This document shows positions 56,672 through 64,000 of a stretch of DNA of 64,000 nucleotides, in pieces. The position numbers and the translations under genes are program-made. Under the pieces are notes generated by a model. The model saw nothing but the letters and a program-made list of their open reading frames with translations. It was not told the origin of the DNA and made no database searches. Every line of letters starts with the position of its first letter. Position 1 is the stretch's first letter. Location: positions 140,646 to 204,645 of the forward strand of contig JAJDAN010000011.1 in assembly GCA_029261855.1 (NCBI GenBank). The letters are read 5' to 3'. The stretch comes from Deltaproteobacteria bacterium (GTDB lineage: Bacteria > Myxococcota_A > UBA9160 > UBA4427).

Positions 56672-57121
56672 TCACTCGCCCCCGAACGGCCAGAACTGCC
56701 AGGGAAGATCCTTCGAGTTGGTCCCGTGGATGACCTCCTGCACGACCCCGTTGCGGTCGGCCACGAAGATCGCGGTGTCGATGCCGGTGTTCGTCTTCTG
56801 AAAATTCAAGAAGATCATCCCGAGCATCCAGGTCTTCGAATCACCGTAGCTGTAGACGTAGCCTTCCTTGTCCGGCGGCACCGGCACGATGCCGGAGGGC
56901 GCGGTGCCCAGGATGGCCGTCAGCTCCTCGACCCGGGTCTCGCCGGGTCGGACCCGAGAGATCCTCGTATAGGGGTTCTCGACGTTGATCCGGTGCCTCT
57001 GCATCGAGCATCCGGTGAACGCGGGAACGAGCAGCGCCGTTCCGATCAAACCAACGAGCGCTGCGCGAACGCCTCGAATCGACATTCGAGTTGGCGTTCG
57101 AGTCGAAAAACGAGTCGACAT
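56672..57121 (-). CDS. BamE/SmpA-OmlA-like lipoprotein, paralogue 1
   Basis: ORF 56672..57136. Preferred ATG at 57121, with GGGAGGGGGG upstream. Lipobox AFTGC. Motifs VRPGETRVEELTAILGTAP, IFVADRNGVVQEV and PWQFWPFGGE. Confidence 0.65.
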   Translation of the reverse strand: MSTRFSTRTPTRMSIRGVRAALVGLIGTALLVPAFTGCSMQRHRINVENPYTRISRVRPGETRVEELTAILGTAPSGIVPVPPDKEGYVYSYGDSKTWMLGMIFLNFQKTNTGIDTAIFVADRNGVVQEVIHGTNSKDLPWQFWPFGGE

Positions 57122-57249
57122 GGGCCCCCCTCCCAATCCAACCGAGCAGCCTCGACCCGGAACCGTGCTTCGGCAGCCTAGCAGCGATCCTCCGCAGCAG
57201 TGGCGCGACCTGCATTCAACCCGCAGATCCGACCGACCGAAACAGCTGC

Positions 57250-57999
57250 GTGACCAACCGAGACCGTTGCCTGCAGGAAAGCCGCCGGCGTCGCCGCGCG
57301 GCCACCCGAAGCCTGATCCCGGCCCTGCTCGCGGGCTTGCTGGCGTGCGCCGCTCCGCCGCCGGCGCCAGTCCCCGGGCGCAGCGCGGCCTGGGGCTTCA
57401 TCACACTGGTTCCGCACCAGGGCGCTCCCCGCACTGCCAGCGGCGGCTACGGCGACCGTCGCATGCGGGACGTCGAGCTCGTCGACTATTCCCGGCCGGG
57501 CTTCGTGGTCGTATACGTCGAGGGCGTCGACTCCGCGGAAGGGTCCGACGCCTTGCTGACGATCCGAGACGGCGCGATCGGACCCCGCCTCGAGCCGACG
57601 CATGCCGCGCTCTCGGCGACGGGGACGCTGACGCTGCACAACGACGACGAGCGTCCGCACCTCGTGTCGTGTCCCGCCGCCGACACGGTCTTCTCTCTCG
57701 CGCCCGGCGAGACGCGCAAGATCGAGCTCACCCGGTCCGGCGAGTACCCCCTCTTCCTGATCGACGTACCGGGTGTATCGAGCCTGGTCTTCGTCGCGCC
57801 CGGCACGTACAGCGTGGTGTCCGCGAGCGGACGCTTCGAGCTCGCCGACCTTCCGCCGGGTCGACATCGACTTGGCGCCTGGCACCCGCGTCTCCCCTCC
57901 GCCTTCCGCTGGATCGATCTCGATGCAGACGGGGTGCTGCGCGTCGATGTGGAAGTCGGTGTCGACGTCGGCCCAAAGGGCGCCTCCAATGCACTCTGA
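57250..57999 (+). CDS. Lipoprotein with a degenerate (ligand-less) cupredoxin-like domain plus a CarboxypepD_reg-like domain
   Basis: GTG 57250 in frame within ORF 57091..57999. Arg-rich signal with lipobox LLAC. Paralogous to the product of 59359..59994, but the C-x2-H-x2-M block is replaced by LFLIDVPGVSS. Confidence 0.65.
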   Translation: MTNRDRCLQESRRRRRAATRSLIPALLAGLLACAAPPPAPVPGRSAAWGFITLVPHQGAPRTASGGYGDRRMRDVELVDYSRPGFVVVYVEGVDSAEGSDALLTIRDGAIGPRLEPTHAALSATGTLTLHNDDERPHLVSCPAADTVFSLAPGETRKIELTRSGEYPLFLIDVPGVSSLVFVAPGTYSVVSASGRFELADLPPGRHRLGAWHPRLPSAFRWIDLDADGVLRVDVEVGVDVGPKGASNAL

Positions 58000-59359
58000 C
58001 GCACGCGTCTGGATCGCCGCACTGCTTGCCCAGTCGGTGTTCGCGGGCGCTGCCCTTGCGACAGATCCCGACCCGCGGATCGAGGACCTCGAGCGGCGCA
58101 TCGAAGAGCTCGAGGCGAAGCAGGACGGCGCCGAGGCGCGGCCCGCCACCGAGACGACCCCGGACGCCGAAACCCCGACCTTGCTCGACGCGCTGCCCGC
58201 CTGGGCCCAACGCGTTCGGCTCGGGGGAAGTGCGAATACCGGCTGGTACGGTGGCGAGCAGAACAGCGTCTTCCACGACGAGCACTTCCAGGTGTGGGAT
58301 GCCCGCTTCTTCATCGACGCCGAGCTCGGCGAGGACGTCCGGATCGGCGACCAGACCCTCTTCCGAAACGTCGGCTTCAGCTTCGAGTGGGACCTGGTGC
58401 GACTCGGCGACCTGATGAACGACGTCGGCGAGTTGTACACCGAATTCCAGGGCATCGCGGGCTCTTCCTGGGGCAATCTGCAGGTCGGGCGCTTCGAGAT
58501 CCCGGTCGGCGAGAGCTATCTGCTCTACAGCCGCGGCTACGCCGACAACCCGTTCATCACCAACGTCGTCGGAGGTCCCTGGTTCTGGGACGAAGGCGTG
58601 CGGATCTACGGGTCCGACCCGAGCGATCGCTTCGGCTATGTGGCGTCCGTCGCCGACGGCGAGACGAGCTTCGACAGCGACCTGAACAGCGACTACCAGT
58701 ACACGCTGAAGCTCTTCGCGAACCCGACGCATTGGCTTCACGTGAGCGCCAGCGGTCTCTACACGGGGAAGATCGGATCGCGTTCTTCGGCGGGTAGTGG
58801 CGGTGCGCTGTGGCTGGGGGAGGCCTGGGCCCGCGCCTTCGGCAGTGGGACCTCGGTGCCGAACTACCAGGACGGTGTCCTGGTCGCCGACGGGCCAAAT
58901 CGCATCGAGGAGACCAATCTGCTCGGTGCCGACGTGATCGTGAGCTTTCCCGGGAAGACGCGGATCTGGCTCGGCTACGGCAGCTACGCGATCGACCAGA
59001 ACGGCGGCGGCTACGATCGCCGTCTGCACTACTGGGTGGCCGAGCTCCTCTTGTACGGCGGCTTGATCTCGCCCCGGCTCGACGACGTCTACACCGGCTT
59101 CCGCGCCCACGGACTCGGCACCTACGACCGCGACAAGGGCTACCTGCTGGACTCGCGACGCGCCGAGACACTCGGCTACAACATGAAGTCGATCAACGCA
59201 TACTCCTTCGTGCTGGGTTGGAAGATGCTGCGCTTCGTGACCCTCCGCGCCGAGTACACCCACCGCGACATCGATCTGGTCCGGGGCGCAAAGGCGTCCC
59301 TCGGTGGTGAGGCAGACGACGTCGACTCCTGGGGAGTCGAGGTGGGAATCCAGTTCTAG
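57989..59359 (+). CDS. Outer-membrane porin-like beta-barrel with an N-terminal coiled coil
   Basis: ATG 57989 in frame within ORF 57773..59359. Signal peptide. Coiled coil RIEDLERRIEELEAKQ. Alternating beta-strand pattern. C-terminal WGVEVGIQF. Confidence 0.7.
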   Translation: MHSDARVWIAALLAQSVFAGAALATDPDPRIEDLERRIEELEAKQDGAEARPATETTPDAETPTLLDALPAWAQRVRLGGSANTGWYGGEQNSVFHDEHFQVWDARFFIDAELGEDVRIGDQTLFRNVGFSFEWDLVRLGDLMNDVGELYTEFQGIAGSSWGNLQVGRFEIPVGESYLLYSRGYADNPFITNVVGGPWFWDEGVRIYGSDPSDRFGYVASVADGETSFDSDLNSDYQYTLKLFANPTHWLHVSASGLYTGKIGSRSSAGSGGALWLGEAWARAFGSGTSVPNYQDGVLVADGPNRIEETNLLGADVIVSFPGKTRIWLGYGSYAIDQNGGGYDRRLHYWVAELLLYGGLISPRLDDVYTGFRAHGLGTYDRDKGYLLDSRRAETLGYNMKSINAYSFVLGWKMLRFVTLRAEYTHRDIDLVRGAKASLGGEADDVDSWGVEVGIQF

Positions 59360-59994
59360 TGCGACGCGCGCCGATCGTCCCCGCTGCGCTCCTGGCCCTC
59401 GCCTTCCTGCTCGGGTTCGCTGGCCCGGGCCGAGCGGAGGCGCCTGGTGTGGTCAGCGGCGTGGTGGCGCGCGACCTCGGCGAACCGGCGCTCTCGGGCC
59501 TCGGGCCGATCGTGGTCTACCTGGAGCCACTGGAGCCGGAACCGGGCAGTGCCGAACCCGCACCACCCGTCCAGATCGCACAGAAGAACGCGCGCTTCGC
59601 ACCCAGCTTCCAGGTCGTGACCGTCGGCCAGCGCGTCGAGATGCCCAACAGCGACGCGATCTACCACAACGTCTTCTCGTTCTCGAAACCCAACGACTTC
59701 GACCTGGGCCTGTACGCCGCCGGAGAGTCGCGCGAGGTCGTGTTCGAGCACGCCGGGGTCGTGAAGACCTACTGCTCCATCCACGAGAGCATGAACGGCA
59801 CGATCCTGGTGGTACCGACGCGACACTTCGCGCGCGCCGACGGAAAAGGCCACTTCCGAATCGAGGGCGTTCCGCCGGGGCGCTACCAGCTGTGGGTGTG
59901 GTGCGAGAAGCTGCCACTGAGGAGTCGCCCGCTCACCGTCGCGGCAGGCACCTCGCAGCTCTTGTCGCTCCAGCTCATTCCACCGCCGGCTTGA
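59359..59994 (+). CDS. Secreted type-1 copper (cupredoxin) protein with a CarboxypepD_reg-like domain
   Basis: ORF 59359..59994. Its GTG shares 1 nt with the upstream TAG. Signal peptide present. Full T1Cu ligand set: IYHNVFS and YCSIHESM (C-x2-H-x2-M, amicyanin-like spacing). Confidence 0.75.
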   Translation: MRRAPIVPAALLALAFLLGFAGPGRAEAPGVVSGVVARDLGEPALSGLGPIVVYLEPLEPEPGSAEPAPPVQIAQKNARFAPSFQVVTVGQRVEMPNSDAIYHNVFSFSKPNDFDLGLYAAGESREVVFEHAGVVKTYCSIHESMNGTILVVPTRHFARADGKGHFRIEGVPPGRYQLWVWCEKLPLRSRPLTVAAGTSQLLSLQLIPPPA

Positions 59995-62695
59995 GCAGCT
60001 CCGGGGCGAGGTAACGTTCGGCGGCGACCTCCGCGGGCGCGGGCCGTCCGAAGTAGAAGCCCTGGATCTCGTCGCACTTCCAGGACGCGAGCAGACGGCA
60101 CTGCTCTTCGGTCTCGACGCCCTCGGCGATGATGTGCAGCCCCAGGGCCTTCCCCATGGAGATGATCGATGCCGTCAGAGCCGCGTCGCCCTCGCTGTCT
60201 GCAATGCCCGAGACGAAGCTGCGGTCGATCTTGAGGGTGTCCACGGGGAGTCGGCGCAGGTAGGCGAACGACGAGTAACCGGTCCCGAAATCGTCGATGT
60301 GAATGCGGATCCCGCGCTCCCGCAGGATCTCGAGATCCCGCACGACGGCGTCCTCGTCGTGCATCAGCGTACTCTCGGTGATCTCGAGCTCGAGCAGCGC
60401 CGGATCCGCTCCGCTGTCTTCGAGCATGCCCAGGATCCGACCTGGGAGCCGACCGCCGCGGAACTGATGCACGGACAGGTTGACCGAGATCGGGATGGCA
60501 TGACCCTTGTCGTTCCAGGCAACGGCCTGACGACAGGCCTCGCGCAGCACCCAATCGCCGAGGGGCGCGATCAGCCCGGTCTCCTCCGCGATGGGGATGA
60601 AGACCCCGGGCGGAACGAGACCGGCTTCCGGGTCGCGCCACCGCACGAGTGCTTCGAAGCCCTTGAGTCGTCCGGACGGCACCTCGACCTTGGGTTGGTA
60701 GTGCAGCTCGAACTCATCCTCTTCGAGACCCCGACGGAGCTTGTTCTCGAGGATCAGGCGGCGCATGGCCACCTCATTCATCGTCTCGGCATAGAACTGG
60801 TAGTTGTTCCGGCCCTGGTCCTTGGCGTGGTACATGGCCGCGTCCGCATTGCGCAGGAGTACTTCGACGTCGTCGCCGTCGAAGGGGAAGGCCGTGATGC
60901 CGATGCTGCCGGAGATCACGACCTCGTGTCCATCGAGGTCGAAGGGTTGGACGAGACCCGCGAGGATGCGGCGCGCGACCTTTGCGAGGTCCTGGACGTC
61001 AGGCACGGAGACGACCACGGTGAACTCGTCGCCACCCAGGCGCGAGATCGAGTCGGCCAGATCGCCGCGCGCGATGAAATCGCTCTGCCGGACGGTGGCA
61101 ACGAGGCGGTCTGCGACGCCCTTCAAGAGCTCGTCGCCGTGGGAATGGCCGAGCGTGTCGTTGATGCGCTTGAAGCGGTCGAGATCGAGGAACAGGACAC
61201 CGAGGATCTGGTCGCTCCGCTTCGCCTGGGCGAGCTGGATGGCGAGGCGCTCCTGGCAGAGCATCCGGTTGCCGAGGCCCGTCAGACTGTCGTGATAGGC
61301 GAGGTAGCGGATCTGCTCTTCCGAACGCTTCCGCTCGGTGACGTCCTGGATCGTGCCCTCGAGATGCCCCGGATGACCGTCCACGCCGGGGCGCACGCCG
61401 GCCTGCAGATGGAGGACCCGCTCGGGCGCGTCGCGCAGCGAGATCCTGCAGTCGAGCCGCACGGTCGAGCGCTCGCGCATGCAGCTCTCGAGCGCGCTGC
61501 GCAGGCCGTCCCGGTCGTCCGGGTGAACGGCCGAGAAGGCGCTTCGCGGCTCCACGGGCTTGTCGCCCTTCACCAGACCGAAGATCGAGCAGAACTCCTC
61601 GGAACCCTCGAGGTCCCCCGTCGCGAGGTCGACCCGCCAGCTTCCGATGTGCGCCAGGCGCTGGGCACGCGCCAACTGCTCCTCGCTCTCCTTGAGCATC
61701 TCGACGCTACTCGCGAGTTCCTGGTGCTGGTTCTCGACCTGGGACCGGTAGGCCCGGAGGCGACCGAGCATGGCATCGAATGCCCTCGCCACGTCGCCGA
61801 TCTCGTCGCCGCGATCGCTTTCGAGGCGCTGCTCGAAGTCGCCATCTCCGATGCGCTCGCTCGCGTGCTGGATCGCGAGGATCGGGCGGACGACCCCGCG
61901 AGAGACCAGCAGACTGACCGCGAACGCCAGGGCGAGGGCGACGGCGCCGGCGATCAACAGGTTGTAGCGGGAATGTGCCAGGGCATCGCGCTCGGGTTCG
62001 AGAGAGATCGCGACACGCAAGTCGACGTTGCCGAGCCGCCGCACCACCCGATCGACCGCATCCGGTGCACCCCGACCCGACGTCGCGAACACGACCTGTG
62101 CGCCGGTCAGCTCCGACCACTGCTCGAGCAGGGCCGGCGTCACGCGCTCCGCCGCGAGCAGGCGACCCACCACGTGCGACGCGGTTCGCAGCGGGATCGA
62201 GACCACGCCCCAGACCTCGTCGCCTTCGCCGACCAGGTCCGCTTCGTGGACGGAGAGCATCTGCCCGGTGAGCGCCTCGGCGCCCGCCGCTGCCAGGGGG
62301 CGGCCGTCCGGCGCCAGGAACGCGACGAGACCGCCGTCGCTCTTGTCGGCCAATTCCCGAGCGAAGAACTGCAGGGTCGGACCGTCGCCGACCTGCAGGG
62401 TTGCCCGGAACTGCGGCGTCCCGGAGATGGCGGCGTAGCGGTCCACCAGGGATGCCAGGTGGTTCGCGACCAGCAGATCCGCGGCCCGGGCCGCGGCCTC
62501 GGCGCGCACCTGAGCTCCACTCCGGAGATCGCCGGACAGCGCCCGGTCCTGAAGCAACAGCGCGAGCACGGTCGAGAAGGCCGCCATCGCCGAGAGAATC
62601 AGCAGCAGCCGGACCGACAGCTTGAAACGGTGCGGACGGATCAAATTCCGAGAGCCCTCAACTCCTTGTCGGTGAAGGGCTTTTCGGAGACACAC
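59975..62695 (-). CDS. Membrane c-di-GMP signalling protein (sensor domain-HAMP-PAS-GGDEF-EAL)
   Basis: ORF 59975..62695 (GTG; start uncertain). Motifs RLGGDEFTVVV, FELHYQPKV and FEALVRW. HAMP and PAS segments present. Confidence 0.9.
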   Translation of the reverse strand: MCLRKALHRQGVEGSRNLIRPHRFKLSVRLLLILSAMAAFSTVLALLLQDRALSGDLRSGAQVRAEAAARAADLLVANHLASLVDRYAAISGTPQFRATLQVGDGPTLQFFARELADKSDGGLVAFLAPDGRPLAAAGAEALTGQMLSVHEADLVGEGDEVWGVVSIPLRTASHVVGRLLAAERVTPALLEQWSELTGAQVVFATSGRGAPDAVDRVVRRLGNVDLRVAISLEPERDALAHSRYNLLIAGAVALALAFAVSLLVSRGVVRPILAIQHASERIGDGDFEQRLESDRGDEIGDVARAFDAMLGRLRAYRSQVENQHQELASSVEMLKESEEQLARAQRLAHIGSWRVDLATGDLEGSEEFCSIFGLVKGDKPVEPRSAFSAVHPDDRDGLRSALESCMRERSTVRLDCRISLRDAPERVLHLQAGVRPGVDGHPGHLEGTIQDVTERKRSEEQIRYLAYHDSLTGLGNRMLCQERLAIQLAQAKRSDQILGVLFLDLDRFKRINDTLGHSHGDELLKGVADRLVATVRQSDFIARGDLADSISRLGGDEFTVVVSVPDVQDLAKVARRILAGLVQPFDLDGHEVVISGSIGITAFPFDGDDVEVLLRNADAAMYHAKDQGRNNYQFYAETMNEVAMRRLILENKLRRGLEEDEFELHYQPKVEVPSGRLKGFEALVRWRDPEAGLVPPGVFIPIAEETGLIAPLGDWVLREACRQAVAWNDKGHAIPISVNLSVHQFRGGRLPGRILGMLEDSGADPALLELEITESTLMHDEDAVVRDLEILRERGIRIHIDDFGTGYSSFAYLRRLPVDTLKIDRSFVSGIADSEGDAALTASIISMGKALGLHIIAEGVETEEQCRLLASWKCDEIQGFYFGRPAPAEVAAERYLAPELLKPAVE

Positions 62696-62719
62696 GGAAC
62701 AGGCTTGAGGTCCGTAGCG

Positions 62720-62780
62720 ACCGGCTGTCGCAACCGGCTATTTCAACCGCCTATTTCAACCGGCTGTTTCAACCGGCTAG
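62720..62780. repeat. 13-bp tandem array (about 4.7 units) running from the TetR stop codon towards the GGDEF/EAL gene
   Basis: accggctgtcgca accggctatttca accgcctatttca accggctgtttca accggctag. The last unit holds the TetR stop at 62777-62779. Confidence 0.9.
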
Positions 62781-63379
62781 GACGGAGCGGGACCCATCAG
62801 GGAGGCGATCAGCCGGCGCACCTGGCTGCGCACGGCGTCTCGGTCGGCGTCCTCGAGGCCCGCCTGCAGCAACACGAAGTCCTCGAGGGCGACCCAGCCG
62901 AGCTGCAGGGCCGCCACCGCCGCGAAGCGCACCCGGAACTCGACGTCATCCGGGTCGATGTTTCGCTCCCTGAGCAGGGACTCCAGAGCGTCCCGGGGTA
63001 CGGAAACGCCCTCGTCGATCTCGACCCGCGCGAGTTCGAGATCTCCTTCCAGCACCACGTGGCAGAGGGCCCGCCAGTAGCGCGGGTCCTCCGCCAGCGA
63101 GAGGGCGCGCGGTACGGGATCTCCACCCGACAGCGCCCGCATGTTCGTCCGGTGGTCCCGGGCCAGCTGTTTCATGGCCTCGACGAGGAGACCTCGCTTC
63201 GAACCGAAGTAGTGATGGATCTGGCCATGATTGACGCCCGCACGTCGAGCAACTTCCCGTAGGGACAAGGTCGTCGGGCCGACCGCCGCGAGCAGGTCTG
63301 CGGTGGCCTCGAGCAGCGCGGCCTTGACGGCAGCCTCGCCGCGGACGGGTTCCGGTCCGGATTGCTCGCTCATGGACAC
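62777..63379 (-). CDS. TetR/AcrR family transcriptional regulator
   Basis: ORF 62777..63379 (GTG; ATG alternative at 63373). HTH region LSLREVARRAGVNHGQIHHYFGSKRGLL. Confidence 0.85.
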   Translation of the reverse strand: MSMSEQSGPEPVRGEAAVKAALLEATADLLAAVGPTTLSLREVARRAGVNHGQIHHYFGSKRGLLVEAMKQLARDHRTNMRALSGGDPVPRALSLAEDPRYWRALCHVVLEGDLELARVEIDEGVSVPRDALESLLRERNIDPDDVEFRVRFAAVAALQLGWVALEDFVLLQAGLEDADRDAVRSQVRRLIASLMGPAPS

Positions 63380-63380
63380 A

Positions 63381-63400
63381 GGCTAGACGACTGACTAGCC
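63381..63400. promoter_or_regulatory. Inverted repeat, possible TetR operator, in a divergent promoter
   Basis: ggctag-acgactga-ctagcc, immediately upstream of the TetR start. An 8-bp palindrome tgcatgca follows at 63426-63433. Confidence 0.25.
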
Positions 63401-63482
63401 CGTGCCCACACACCCTTCCCACCCCTGCATGCACGCGCGGCCCTGCACTAGGGTCTCCGTCCCCGCCAGCCTGGAGAACGCC

Positions 63483-64000
63483 ATGAAGCTCGTCACCTTC
63501 CGACACGACGGCCGCAGCCGGACGGGACGCCTGGAGGGCGACACCGTCGTCGATCTCGAGGCTGCCGGACTGCCCGCAACCATGATCGCGCTGCTCGAAG
63601 CCGGCACGGCCGCTGCAGCCGGCGCCGACGGGCCGCGCATCCCACTCGCGGACCTGAAGCTCGAAGCACCCGTGGCGCGCCCGCCCAAGATCCTGGCAGT
63701 CGGTCTCAACTATGCCGACCACATCGCCGAGACCGGCATGGAAACGCCGAAGGTCCCGATGATCTTCAACAAGCAGTCGACGGCGGCGACGGGTCCCTAC
63801 GACCCGGTGCACCTGCCGCGCGCTTCCAGTCGCCTCGACTACGAAGGCGAACTCGGCGTCGTGATCGGACGGCGCTGCCGGCACGTCCCGAAGGATCGCG
63901 CCCACGAGGTCGTGGCGGGTTACGTCGTGGCCAACGATGTGTCCGTGCGCGACTGGCAGGCCCGGGTGCCGACCATGACGATGGGCAAGTCGTGGGACAC
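63483..64000 (+). CDS. Fumarylacetoacetate hydrolase (FAH) family protein (C-terminus beyond the right edge)
   Basis: Hand-translated; it has no stop in the window, so it is absent from the track. ATG 63483 with GGAG upstream. Sequence MKLVTFRHDGRSRTGRLEGDTVVDL. Also KILAVGLNYADH, LDYEGELGVVIG and NDVSVRDWQ. Confidence 0.85.
   Translation, partial: MKLVTFRHDGRSRTGRLEGDTVVDLEAAGLPATMIALLEAGTAAAAGADGPRIPLADLKLEAPVARPPKILAVGLNYADHIAETGMETPKVPMIFNKQSTAATGPYDPVHLPRASSRLDYEGELGVVIGRRCRHVPKDRAHEVVAGYVVANDVSVRDWQARVPTMTMGKSWD

Noticed and set aside
57200-57215. A sigma-54-like string TGGCGCGACCTGCATT upstream of the cupredoxin operon.
   Set aside because: The GG-to-GC spacing is 2 nt shorter than the -24/-12 consensus.
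60134-63262. A 1042-aa plus-strand ORF.
   Set aside because: It lies antisense to the GGDEF/EAL and TetR genes. Its composition is dominated by R, G, D, E, A and V, with no motifs. It is a shadow of the real minus-strand genes.

Overview
This is a very GC-rich window (by eye about two-thirds to 70% G+C, not computed). It looks like chromosomal DNA of a diderm (Gram-negative type) bacterium. Lipoprotein lipoboxes, outer-membrane barrels ending in Phe, Tat signals and two PEP-CTERM cargo proteins support that. I call about 60 tightly packed protein genes, many with 1-4 nt start/stop overlaps. I saw no rRNA, tRNA, CRISPR array, transposase, integrase or prophage genes. Most long ORFs in the track are Arg/Pro/Gly/Ala-rich antisense or off-frame shadows of real genes and are rejected. 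Two real genes run off the window edges and are therefore missing from the ORF track; I translated both by hand. They are a DltA-like adenylating enzyme (1-1172, minus) and an FAH-family hydrolase (63483-64000, plus). Gene content falls into five groups. (1) Envelope and lipid genes: a DltA/DltC-like pair with an LtaS/EptA-like transferase, plsB, psd, an nSMase-like phosphodiesterase, and an LpxO/OlsC-like hydroxylase. (2) Acyl-CoA and ring catabolism: two ACADs, two family-III CoA-transferases, a crotonase, a KshA-like Rieske oxygenase and an amidohydrolase. (3) Central metabolism: sucA, fabF, panE, pabB. (4) Signalling: a hybrid histidine kinase, two PAS-HATPase proteins, a GGDEF/EAL protein and two TetR regulators. 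(5) The most interesting block, at 30.8-37.0 kb: a decahaem MtrA/DmsE-like cytochrome and a roughly 745-aa outer-membrane protein, tail-to-tail with a Rieske/cytochrome b operon that carries two tetrahaem cytochromes c. Together these look like a complete quinone-pool-to-cell-surface electron conduit. A second candidate system (57.2-60.0 kb) combines an outer-membrane porin with a type-1-copper cupredoxin and a ligand-less paralogue, placed divergently from three tandem BamE-like lipoprotein paralogues. The non-coding DNA is unusually rich in short tandem duplications that span stop codons, in two related 13-bp arrays, and in perfect hairpins.
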